DNA of 64,000 bases. Origin: Malacoraja senta (lineage: Eukaryota). The stretch is from NCBI GenBank assembly GCA_038087875.1, contig CM075991.1, forward strand, positions 12,650,001 through 12,714,000. The letters run 5' to 3'. Under the pieces are notes generated by a model. It had not been told where the DNA came from and did not search any database. It was given only the letters and a program-made list of their open reading frames with translations. A program made the translations under genes and the position numbers. This document shows, piece by piece, positions 10,101 through 22,540 of the stretch. Position 1 is the stretch's first letter. The number at the start of each line of letters is the position of its first letter.

Positions 10101-12424
10101 GTCTGTGTCAGCCCGGTATATGTGGGGAGTGGACAGGCTGGGGTGAGCCCATTGCTACTGTTTGCTCTGTCCTGGGGCAAGTTTGCTCAACTCCAGCTGG
10201 TCTCTGCTGGGCCTTCTTATACCCGGCCCTCTGTTCATTAACCCCTCCCCGTCTGTGATTCTCAACACAACATTATATATGTTTTAAAAACCACCCTTCC
10301 CTCTCCCTGCCCAATGTTGGCAGCAAAGATCATAGAGCGGATCTTTGATTGGCTGGGCCCAGTTTAAATCTTCCTTTTGTTCTGACCATCAGTTTGGATT
10401 CACTGGAGGCACAGGGAACTGCAGGTGCTGCAATCTTGAGCTAAACACAAGAGTGCTGGAGGAACTCAGCGGGTCAGGCAGCATCTGTGGAGAACATGGA
10501 TAGGTGATGTTTCGGGTCAAGACTCTTTCAATCTGACCCGCTGAGTTACTCCAGCACTCTGTGAAACGTCACCTATCCATGTTCTCCACAGATGCTGCCT
10601 GACCCGCTGAGTTACTCCAGCACTCTGTCTTTTTTTTAAAGAGGGTAATAAAGTTGGAGAAGACTTTTCTTTTCTCTGACACCATTTTGTCTCCTTTTCA
10701 CCTCCAGTCCCTGTCACTTACTGCACCCATCTGCCACTACCTCCCTCATCTGTAACCACCCATCACACGCCAGACTTTGTCCTACCCCCATCTTACTTTT
10801 CCAGCTTTCTACTCCCCCACCCCCCCCCCCCTACAAACCTGCACGTCTTTGGAATGTGGGAAATCGGAGCACCAGGAGAAAACGCATGCGGTCACTGGGA
10901 GAACGTGCAAACTCCACACAGTCAGCACCCGAAGAATTTAGATGGATGTGGGGGGGGGGGGGGGACCTCATTGAAACATACTGAATAATAAAAGGCCTGG
11001 ATAGAGTGGATTTAGAGAGGATGTTACCACTAGTGGGAGAGTTTAGGATTAGAGGTCACAACCTCAGAATAAAAGGATGTACCTTTAGAAAGAAGATGAG
11101 GAGGAATTTCTTCAGTCAGAGGGTGGTGAATCTGTGGAATTCATTGCCAGACAGCCAAGTCAATGATTATTTTTTAAAGTGGAGATAGATAGATTCTTGA
11201 TCAGTGCGGGTGTCAGGGGGAAGAAGGCAGGAGAATGGGGTTGAGAGGGAAAGATAGATCAGCCATGATTGAATGGCGGAGTAGACTCGATGGGCAGAAT
11301 GGCCTACTTCTGCTGCTATGACTTATGAAATGAAACCGGGTCTCTGCACGGTGAGGCAGCAGCTCTACCTGCTGCGCCCTGTGCCGCACATCTGCATTAC
11401 TCTCTGCGGTCAAATATGAATTTTAGCGGAAATTGCCAGGCTGGGTTCCTGACCAGCGGTTCCGTGCCGTCCAGGTCGGAAACATAGAAAATAGGCGCAG
11501 GAGGAGGCCATTCAGCCCTTCGAGCCAGCACCACCATTCAATATGATCATGGCTGATCATCCGCAATCAGTACCCCGTTCCTGCTTTCTCCCCATATCCC
11601 TTGATTCCCTTAGCCCTAAGAGCTGAAATCAAACTCTCTCTTGAAATCTATACCTGGACTCAACGCTTGGTTTTGACGCTTGTCAGAATCCCCAGCCCTT
11701 CCCAGCATCTCCAGGTCTTTCATCACTGATCCTTAATGACAGCTTACAGGATTGTGAAACTGACTCCTACTATTTCCCCACACAGAATTACAATCTTTTC
11801 ACCTCTCACTGCAAGGCTGAAAGCTTCAATTACTCAGCTACAGTCGTGCTGCTGGGGCCATGATTAATACAGATCCCATGTAAATGGGACTTTATGCACC
11901 GTAGAAAGCACCTTATCGGGATGCGTCACTGCATGGTTTAAGTTGCATTGCAGTTTAAGCAATGTCTTCTAACGTGCAATGCTTGCCTGGGGTCTTAACA
12001 TAGATGTTTAAGAAGGAGCTGCAGATGCTGGAAAATCGAAGGTAGACAAAAGTGCTGGAGAAACTCAGTGGGTGCGGCAGCATCTGTGGAGCGACGGATA
12101 TAGGGCCTATTTACTTCGCTCCTTAGATGCTGCTGCACCCGCTGAGTTTCTCCAGCACTTTTGTCTGCCTTAACATAGATGATCTACTCATCATTACCTC
12201 CTCCCCACCCCACCGCCAACACAATCCTCAAGTCAATCTGAATAAGGGCGACACGGTGGCACAGCGGGTAGAGACCTGGGTTAGACCCAGACTACGGGTG
12301 CTGTCCGTGTGGAGTTTGCACGTTCCCTCTTGTGACTGCGTGGGGGGGACCGAGTTACTCCAGCACATTTGCGTTTTACTCAAGATTCCTTCCTCTGCAG
12401 TTCCTTCTGCTTCCATTTTGTCTC

Positions 12425-12624
12425 NNNNNNNNNNNNNNNNNNNNNNNNNNNNNNNNNNNNNNNNNNNNNNNNNNNNNNNNNNNNNNNNNNNNNNNNNNNN
12501 NNNNNNNNNNNNNNNNNNNNNNNNNNNNNNNNNNNNNNNNNNNNNNNNNNNNNNNNNNNNNNNNNNNNNNNNNNNNNNNNNNNNNNNNNNNNNNNNNNNN
12601 NNNNNNNNNNNNNNNNNNNNNNNN
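12425..12624. other. Assembly gap (200 N)
   Basis: N run; the round length suggests a placeholder. Confidence 1.
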
Positions 12625-13100
12625 CCCCCCTCTCTCTCCCCACCCCCCCCTCTCTCTCCCACCCCCCCTCTCTCTCCCCACCCCCCCTCTCTCTCCACCC
12701 CCCTCTCTCCTCCCCACCCCTCTCTCTCCCCACCCCCCTCTCTCTCCCCACCCCCCCTCTCTCTCCCCACCCCCTCTCTCTCCCCACCCCCCTCTCTCTC
12801 CCCACCCCCCTCTCTCTCCCCACCCCCTCTCTCTAGTGTCCAGCCCCCTCTCTCTCCCCACCCCCTCTCTCTCCCCACCCCCCTCTCTCTCCCCACCCCC
12901 CTCTCTCTCCCCACCCCCCTCTCTCTCCCCACCCCCCTCTCTCCCCACCCCCCTCTCTCTCCCCACCCCCTCTCTCTCCCACCCCCTCTCTCTCCCCACC
13001 CCCTCTCTCTCCCACCCCCCCTCTCTCTCCCCACCCCCCTCTCTCTCCCCACCCCCCTCTCTCTCCCCACGCCCCATCACTCCCCACTCCCCCCCCTCTC
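12625..13100. repeat. C/T-rich tandem low-complexity repeat (~18-nt ccccaccccctctctctc units)
   Basis: Visible periodic C/T units. Confidence 0.9.
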
Positions 13101-13115
13101 TGCTGTTTGTGGTTG

Positions 13116-13502
13116 TGTGATGATTGGGTGGTGTGCGCAGGTACAGGTGTGGTGATTGGGTGGTGTGCGCAGGTACAGGTGTGTGATGATTGGGTGGTGT
13201 GCGCAGGTACAGGTGTGTGATGATTGGGTGGTGTGCGCAGGTACAGGTGTGGTGATTGGGTGGTGTGCGCAGGTACAGGTGTGGTGATTGGGTGGTGTGC
13301 GCAGGTACAGGTGTGATTGGGTGGTGTGCGCAGGTACAGGTGTGATGATTGGGTGGTGTGCGCAGGTACAGGTGTGTGGTGATTGGGTGGTGTGCGCAGG
13401 TACAGGTGTGTGATGATTGGGTGGTGTGCGCAGGTACAGGTGTGATTGGGTGGTGTGCGCAGGTACAGTTGTGTGATGATTGTGTGGTGTGCGCAGGTAC
13501 AG
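13116..13502. repeat. Minisatellite, 12 copies of a ~30-35 bp unit tgattgggtggtgtgcgcaggtacaggtgtg
   Basis: Counted 12 gcgcaggtacag cores. Confidence 0.95.
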
Positions 13503-15713
13503 TTCACATTGAAAGCTGGCATTGTTCTGGCAAGCTAGCAGCAATAGGCCATTGGGCCCGTCAAGTCTACTCGGCCATTCCATTGTTCTGGGCAGGGTCA
13601 GTGGCTGAGCCGGGGAGTTCACATTGTCCTCAGTTTGTTATCGGGTAGATTTATTCGTTCACCCTGCTGGGTATTTGCCACTTCACTGCATGGTGACATG
13701 GTGACACCGTGCCCTTGTTATTCATTAACACCAGTCAGTGACTACACCCAAACTTACACATGGCAGTGGAATTTTAACCCCGCTGCTACTTACCTGTACA
13801 GGTGGCTCTGTGCCCGGCCCCAAGAAGTGAAGTCAGATGTTAGCTGAACACAACTTTCTGTCGAGTGTGGGAGGGTTGGGGAGAGGTGGGGGAGTGTGGG
13901 AGGAGTGGGGCGGGGAGGGGGGGAGTGTGGGAGAGGTGTAGGAAAGAACTGCAAATGCTGGTTTCAATCAGATAAGACACAAAATGCTGGAGTAACTCAG
14001 CGGGACAGGCAGCATCTCTGGAGAGAAGGAATGGGTGACGTTTTGGGTCGAGACCCTTCTTCAGAGTGTGGGAGGGGGTTTGGTTCCAGTCAAGGGTTGT
14101 TGCAGCTCCAGGAGGTGAAACTCTGCGATACCTCTGGGCCAGTGATGTGACAGCGTTGTGCAGGGCCCCGTGCGTTCGCCCCGTGCGAGTTCCACTGGAG
14201 GACCAGGCGGTGTTGCTGGTTGTAAAAGGGTTATGCCTCAAACTAGATTAGCTCAGGTCGACATGGATGAGTTAGAAACTTAGAAACATAGCAGGAGTAG
14301 GCCATTCGGCCCTTCGAACCAGCACCATTCAATGTGATCATGGCTGATCATCCAGAATCAGTACCCCGTTCCTCCTTTCTCCCCATATCCCTTGATTCCG
14401 TTAGCCCTAAGAGCTCTCTCTTGAAAACATCCAGTGAATCGGCCTCCACTGCCTTCTGTGGCAGAGAATTCCACAAATTCACAACTCTCTGGGTGAAAAG
14501 GTTTTTCCTCATCTCAGTCCTAAATGAGATCTCACCCCTTATTCTTAAACTGTGACCCCTGGTTCTGGGCTCCCCCCAACATCGGGAACATTTTACCTGC
14601 ATCAGCAGCTGCTGTTCCAGTTGGGCTGAAGGGCCTGTTTCCATGCTGTATAACAAACTCTGTAAATAATTCCTGTTGGATCCAGCCAACGTCGTGAAAC
14701 ATGAAGTGAAAAATAATGAAGTGCAGAGGCGGGAAGCCTAAAATAAAAGTTATAGCAACCGGGAGGTCTAGTAGGACTTGGCAGACCGTGGTCATGAGGT
14801 CATTAGGAATAGGAGCAGCAATAGGCCATTCGGCCCGTCAAGTCTACTCTGCCATTCAATCACGGCTGATCTATCTCCCTCCGAGCCCCATTCTCCTGCC
14901 TCGTTCCCATAACTCCTGACACCCGCACTAGTTCAGTGTGTTCTCCACAGATGGCTGTCTGACTCGCCGAGTTACTCCAGCACTTTGTGTCCTTTTGTGT
15001 ACTAACAGCATCTGCAGTTCCTTGTTTCTATGAAATCACAGGTGTAAGTTAGGACTTGACTTTTCACTCCTTTTGTAAGAGTTGAGGGTCAGCTTGTTCC
15101 AGTGAAGGTTAGAGATAAAATGTCAAGATTAGGGCACCTTGGTTATTGATGGCGACATGTAGGTATTATCATTTGATCAATGTTTGAGAAACATATGGAC
15201 GTCCAGTGGGCAGAATTATAATTCATTGTGTGCAATTCTTCCAGTTATAGAGTAACAGGCCCTTGGGCCCAGCTTGCCCACACCGACCAACATGCCCCAT
15301 CTACACTGGTCCCACCCGCCCGCGTTTGGCCCATATCCCTCTAAACCTGCCCCATCCATGTACCTAAACCTGCCCCATCAATCCAAATATGTTTTTACTT
15401 GCATGACTCGAGTAATTATAATCTGTAGCGAGAGGAACAGCAGGAACACTGCCTCTCCGTGAACCTGTGTCAGAGGGAAGGGTCACTGACCTGAACTCTC
15501 TACCCCACGGATGCTGCTCTACTTGCTGGGTATTTCCAGTATTTTCTTATTTCACACTGTGGGGCACAGTTTAATGTAATATTGGGTGTAAAATGGGTGG
15601 ATGGGCAGGGGGAGGAGTTGCTGCAGTTACTGAGCTGGCTGTGAATGTGTTAGCGGTGTCCTTCACAACCAAGAGTGAAAGACCACTCATATCCTGGTCA
15701 TTGCCTCTTCTCC

Positions 15714-16310
15714 CAGGGTGGGCGGGTGTAAGTGTGTCAGGGTGGGGCGGGTGTAAGTGTGTCAGGGTGGGCGGGTGTAAGTGTGTCAGGGTGGGGCGGT
15801 GTAAGTGTGTCAGGGTGGGCGGGTGTAAGTGTGTCAGGGTGGGTGGGTGTAAGTGTGTCAGGGTGGGCGGGTGTAAGTGTGTCAGGGTGGGCGGGTGTAA
15901 GTGTGTCCGGGTGGGGCGGGTGTAAGTGTGTCAGGGCGGGCGGGTGTAAGTGTGTCAGGGTGGGCGGGTGTAAGTGTGTCAGGGTGGGCGGGTGTAAGTG
16001 TGTCAGTCAGGGTGGGTGGGTGTAAGTGTGTCAGGGCCAAGGTGGGTGTAAGTGTGTCAGGGTGGGGCGGGTGTAAGTGTGTCAGGGTGGGCGGGTGTAC
16101 GTGTGTCGGGGCCAAGGTGGGTGTAAGTGTGTCAGGGTGAGCGGGTGTAAGCGTGTCAATGTGGGTAAGTGTAAGTGTGGGCGGGTGTAAATGTGTACTG
16201 GCCAGGGTGGGTAAGCGTGCCAGGGACGGGTGAAAGTGTGTCGGGCATGGCAGGTAAGTGTGTCAGGGATGAGGCACGTAAGTGTGTCAGGGCCGGTAAG
16301 TGTGTCAAGC
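15714..16310. repeat. G-rich minisatellite, ~24-25 bp unit cagggtgggcgggtgtaagtgtgt, degenerating rightward
   Basis: Direct tandem copies. Confidence 0.95.
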
Positions 16311-16844
16311 TTCAAGTGCACACACTGGGAGTGTACATCTGTACTCTGGGGTCCATGTGTGAGGCCGGGTGAGTGTGGACCACTGCTCGCTCCTGGGCCA
16401 CTGCTGAGGGGTCGGGCTTGTTGGCTGTGCATGGTGCGTCTCCAGCTAAAAGCCTCCATCCATGACCACCCACTGACAGCTACTGGAGGAGCAGCAGTTA
16501 TTTGCTATTGGAATAGCATTGTCTAGCGTAGTAATCAGTGTCAATATCAGCTGCAGTTTGACACTGGGCCATGCAGGGAGAGATTAGGTTGGGACACAGG
16601 GAGCTTCAGAAGGCATTTGCTCTTCATTGTGTTATTTTATTCATCTCCCTCTGCCGTAGATCACAATCCCATCTGCTGCCGTTTTATTCTGCACCTGTTG
16701 TGGTTCTTCCATCTTGCAAGAGTTGTGACTGGGTCTGGGGGCAGCATCCTGTGATTCTGGCTGGACACTGGTGTGGAGAGGTGGGGGTTAGGGGAGGTGG
16801 AGCAAGTGTGGGTGAGACACAGGGAGTCATACGGCACAGAAACA

Positions 16845-17400
16845 GACACAGAGTGCTGGAGTAACTCAGCGGGTCAGGCAGCATCTGTGGAGAACATGGA
16901 TAGGTGACGTTTCACAGAGTAACGCTGGAGTAACTCAGCGTGTCAGGCAGCATCTGTGGAGCGAAGGAAATGGGCAACCTTTCGGGCCGAAACCCTGAAG
17001 GAAATAGGCAACGTTTCGGGCCGAAACCCGGAAGGGTTTCGGGCCGAAACGTTGCCTATTTCCTTCACTCCATAGATGCTGCCGGAACATGGATAGGTGA
17101 CGTTTCACAGAGTAACGCTGGAGTAACTCAGTGGGTCAGGCAGCATCTGTGGAGAACATGGATAGGTGACGTTTCACAGAGTAACGCTGGAGTAACTCAG
17201 CGGGTCAGGCAGCATCTGTGGAGAACATGGATAGGTGACGTTTCACAGAGTGCTGGAGTAACTCAGCGGGTCAGGCAGCATCTGTGGGGAACATGGATAG
17301 GTGACGTTTCACAGAGTGCTGGAGTAACTCAGCGGGTCAGGCAGAATCTGTGGAGGTGATGGACAGGAGAAGTTTCGGGCCGAAACCCTTCTTCAGACCC
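16845..17400. repeat. Tandem array of 66-69 bp Penelope-terminal-repeat-derived units with palindromic insert
   Basis: Repeated gctggagtaactcagcgggtcaggcagcatctgtggagaacatggataggtgacgtttcacaga. Confidence 0.85.
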
Positions 17401-20400
17401 AAAAGATAGCAGACTGCGATTACTAATCAGCTTCCATGGCAGGTTGAGAGTCCGAGTCACAGCAGAGATGGTTTCTGACCTGTGGAAGGAACCCCACACT
17501 GTGCGTGCGTGCGTGGGTGTGTGTGGGGTGCAGTGTCTGAGTGATGACTGAGCTCCCACTGTCAGTACCTGGCAGGGCTCCGTGGCGATGGGATTACTGT
17601 TCTGGATGGTGGGGGAGCAGGGCGGTTCACGTTAGATGCAGCTCTCCAGACAGCCAGACAGACAGTCTGTCCCACTTACTCTCTGCCTGGCTCCACTCGG
17701 ACCTGTTTCCATTTAATTTTATAAGACAGAATATATTAAACTTCCCCCCCCCACCCCCAAAATCTCTGGTGTTGAACGATTCTGGATGTTTCCAGTTGGC
17801 CAGGGAAAGGAGTGTTTTGCAGACGTTGCTGCCATCTGGGTGGTGTAATGGGCTACGATGAGGTTTTAACCATTAGCAGGGGTCCCAGCTAGCTGCTCCT
17901 GTGTTTGTGCTACATACAGTGACATCATCCAGAAACACTGCCCTGGCTTCCACCTTCGTGGAGTCACATTTAGTTGAATCAAAGCAAGTTTACTGATCTA
18001 TGCACGAGTACAGGGACAACCTTGCTCAAGGCCAGAAGGGCATCAAGAGCAGAATTAGGCCATTCGGCCCATCACATCTACTCCACATTCATGGCTGATC
18101 TATCTCTCCCTCCTAACCCCATTCTCCTGCCTTCTCCCTATAACCGAACTAATCCAGAATCTATCTATCTCTGCCTTAAAAATATCTGTTGACTTGGCCT
18201 CCACAGCCTTCTGTGACAAAGAATTCCACAGATTCACCAAAATAAATCCCTCCTCATCTTCTTCCTAAAGGAACGTCCTTTAATTCTGAGGCTGTGCCCT
18301 CTGGTCCTAGACTCTCCCACTAGTGGAAACATCCTCTCCACATCCACTCTATCCAAATCTCACTACACTGTTGGTCAGGACGGCTCTCTGGTTGGTGATA
18401 GGATGGTTCAGTTGCCTGATAATAGCAGCAGGTACATTGGGTAGAGAGAAACATGGAAATGTTTAACTCGTTGATGTCCTTGCTTGTTGCTGCCTAAACC
18501 AGTGTCACTATCGTGTCAAACTACATCAGTGGGAGTTGTCTGAGAATCTGACAAGAGTTTCTCTGCCAGGATATTCCTTGTGCATCGATGATTCTGCATT
18601 AAATGTCGAGGTTTACCTGTCGTACTAGTGATGTAGTGTGGCATAGCTGGTCTCAGAGTTACTGTAAGTTTAGTCTTCACAGCACCAGCGATCTGGGTTG
18701 GATCTTGGGTACTATCTGTGTGGAGTTTGCACGTTCTCCCTGCGACCGTGTGTGTTTTCTCCGGGTGCTCCGGTTTCCTCCCACACTCCAAAGACGTGCG
18801 GGTTTGTAGATTGCTTGGTATAATTGTGAATTTCCCCTAATGTGTGTAGGATAGTGTTGGTATGCGGGGATCGCTGGTTGGCGTGGACCCGGTGGGCTGA
18901 AGGGCCTGTTTCCACGCTGTATCTCCAAACTAATAACGGTACAAGATGTGATGGAGCCAGAGAGGGTGGTGGGGAAATGAACACGATGCAAACGGCAGCT
19001 AGCCAGCCTGCCTGCCTGCCTGCCTACACGGGTCAGGCTATGGAACACAACTGTTGGCATGTAAATATCTTGCAAATTTACAGACCACTTGTTAGACTAA
19101 ACTTACAGTATCGTGTGTAGTTATGCTCACGCCACCATTTGTGCTGGAGGGGGTGGGGAGGAAATTCACCAGGATGCCCCCTGGACTGGAGTAGTTTAGA
19201 AATACAGCGTGGAAACCGGCCCTTCGGCCCACCCAGTCCGCACCCACCAGCGATCTCCGCACACTAACACTATCCTGCACACACTAGGTTCAATTTACAC
19301 TTATACCAAGCCATGCAAACCTGCACGGGTTTGGAGTGTGGGAGGAAAGCAAAGATAAAAAAACAAACCCTGTGGTGGCGGGGGCAAGGTACAAACTCCG
19401 TACATTCAGCACCCGTGGTCTGGATCGAACCCAGGCACGTTCAGTGCTGTAAGGTAGCAAATCTACCACTGCGCCATCGTGGGAGTTACGGGGAGAGACT
19501 GGATAGGCTGGATTTGTTTTCCCGAGAGAGGCTGAGGGGTGACCTGATAAAGGGACAAAAAATGCTAAGAGACGGATTAACTAGAGTCAGAACTTTTCAC
19601 CCATGAAGAACCAGGGGGCAGAGGTGTACGGTGGAAGGGAAGGGGGCTAGTGGAACTAGAGAGAAGGAATGGGTGATGTTTCAGGTCGAGACCTTTCTTC
19701 AGACCTGTCTTAAAAAAGAAAGTACGAGAATATTGTTCTGGTGATCCATGATCTGTAGATCAGGCCATCAAAGCTTAATTCAAATACATTTCTTTCAGTA
19801 ATTTAAAACAATTATAAAAATCTCTAAATAATGGCATCCTTTTATCAAGGTAAAATACGTAGATTGTGTAGGAAGGAACTGCAGATGCTGGTTTACACCA
19901 AAGATAGACACAAAAAGCTGGAGTAACTCAGCGGGACAGTCAGGCAGCATCTCTGGAGAGAAGGAATGGGTGACGTTTGGGGTCGAGACCCTTCTTCAGA
20001 CTGATACGTAGAATCTGTAACCACATTTATCTTCTGACAAAGTGGTATTGCATGCTTCATTGTTCAAGGAGTAATTCTTTGTAGAGCCCTCAGCAAACTA
20101 ATAACCACAATGGTGTTTGATGTAGCTGGGAGCTTGTCATACACCAAGTGGTTGCAGGCTGTGAACAGAGATGTAGCTCAACATTCCAGGGTGAAAGCCC
20201 TTAGAACTATCCTTGAAATATTGCTGTTTTCACTTCTTGAAGCATATTCCTGATTAGTACGGGTGTCAGGGGTCATGGGGAGAAGGCAGGTGAATGGGGT
20301 TAGGAGGGAGAGATAGATCAGTCATGGTTGAATGGCGGAGTAGGGTTGATGGGCCGAATGGCCTAATTCTGCTCCTATTCCTTATGGCGTTATTCTGTGG

Positions 20401-22309
20401 TGTTGCTGCAAGTAAGAATGTCATTGTTCTATCTTGGACATTTGACAATAAAACACTCATGGTTAAAAAAAAACCCATGTTGAGAACTTCAGGAGATCCA
20501 TGTTTGTCGTCTGCCCAGAGCAGGTGAATTTGCATTGCAAAACCTACTGGGGCAGAACCTGGGTTTGTTACCTGGGTATCTCCGCGCTGTGACAGTCACA
20601 GCTAAGTGGCATGAATTAAACATGGATTCGTGTTTGATCTGTCTTCTTGGTTTGAACTTTGCCACACTTGGTGAACGTTATGTAAAGAAAAGGGCGATTT
20701 CAAATGTTTTCGGTACTTGTTCTGGAGCTGTTTATATGAAATATCATCTGAACATATTTGCCATTCCTTCCCCCCCCCCCTAGTGACCTCATTGACGACA
20801 GCTCTTGCACCATATTAGGAATTATCAAATAACTCTGCTGGCTTTGTGTACGTATGTTTATGCACCAACTGGCTGCAGAAGTTGAGCCTCCATCTTCCAT
20901 TGATCAGTTATCTATGGTTGCAAAGCATAAAAGAAACTTGTAAATGTATTTTCAGAAGTTTTTGACTTGCTCCTTATTCCTATCAATTAGTTTAGAGATG
21001 CAGCGTGGAAACTTTGTGTCCATGCCGACCAGCGATCACTAGCTCACACACCATGGGCACTCATCCACCCTACTTTCTCATCCACTCCCTACGCACCAGG
21101 GGGGCAATTTACAGAGGGCCAATTAACCTACAAACCCGCACCTCTCTGGGATGTGGGAGGAAACCAGAGCACTCGGGGAAACCCACGCGGTCACGGGGAG
21201 AACGTGCAAACTCCACACAGACAGCATCCAAGCTCAGGATTGAACCTGGGTCTCTGACGCTGTGAGGTAGTGGCTCTACCCACTGTGCCACCGTGCCGCC
21301 CCATAATTGCCCCCTGATTCTACCGTCCACCTACACACGAGTGGCACTTGAAGCAGCTCGTTCATCTACAAACCTAGCACTAAACATGTTTACATTGATC
21401 ATGTATCTGTACACTGTGGACGGCTCAGTCGTAATCATGTATTGTCTTTTCACTGACTGGTTAGCACGCAACAAAAGCCTGTACCTCGGTACACCTGACA
21501 ATATACTAAACTAACCCACATGCCCTTGGGATGTGAGTGGAAAAGCTCTCTCTATACAGTATAACTGATTCTAGATGCTGTACGGAGGAACCACAGATGC
21601 TGGTTTAAACCGAAGATAGACACAAAGTGCTGGAGTAACTCTGTGGGACAGGCAGCATCTGTGGAGAGAAGGGATTTCAGGTCGAGACCCTTCTTCAGAC
21701 TGTTGCTGGGTTTGGTGTTGAGCTTTGGAGGTTTCATTGTGACAGTTTTTGTTGGTGTCCTGATTTGTGGATGAGAAAGTTTGGCATGTCAGGGAATTGC
21801 CAGCGAGCTGGATATGTGGATCCTGATCCTTGTCCGGTCGTGCCCCTGGGTGCTGGACACCAGGCCTGTTGGCAGCGAGAGGAATGTCATTGTCATTGGG
21901 TGTGGGGCAAGTCTCCTCACATCTGCCTTAACATCCAGCTGCTACACCACTTGTGTGACCACTGGATGTGTCGTGTTTAGACAGTGATAGCCACTGTTGG
22001 AGCCACACTGACACTCAATGGGCCCCAGTCTGCAAACGTAAGCCAGTAGTATTTGCGGAGGAAGGAACCGCAGATGCTGGTTTACACCGAGGACAGACAC
22101 AAAATGCTGGAGTAACTCAGCCAGTCAGGAGAGCAGGAATAAGTGATGGTTCAGGTCGAGACCCTTCATCAGTCTAGAGATAAGGAATGGTAAGGTGTGA
22201 AAATGAGAGAGCACCGGAGAGCAGGAGGAATCATAGCGGGGCGAGCAACGAGAGAGAGTGTTGCAGAATTCACACGAGAGAGGGGGAAAACCTCTTCAGA
22301 TTCGGCTTG

Positions 22310-22540
22310 GTTCTGAAGAAGGGTCTTGACCTGAAACATCACCTATCCATGTTCTCCACGGATGCTGCCTGACCCACTGAGTTACTCCAGCACTCTGTGA
22401 ATCGTCACCTATCCATGTTCTCCACAGATGCTGCCTGACCCGCTGAGTTACTCCAGCACTGTGTCTGTGAAACGTCACCTATCCATGTTCTCCACAGATG
22501 CTGCCTGACCCGCTGAGTTACTCCAGCACTCTGTGTCTAT
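22310..22540. repeat. Tandem array of the same ~66 bp unit (opposite orientation)
   Basis: Three copies of cacctatccatgttctccac.gatgctgcctgaccc.ctgagttactccagcact. Confidence 0.85.

Noticed and set aside
12127..13622. Long ORFs across the gap and minisatellite
   Set aside because: They span Ns and tandem repeats; no coding signal
16845..17400. CRISPR-like array
   Set aside because: Head-to-tail units without unique spacers, no cas genes, vertebrate context
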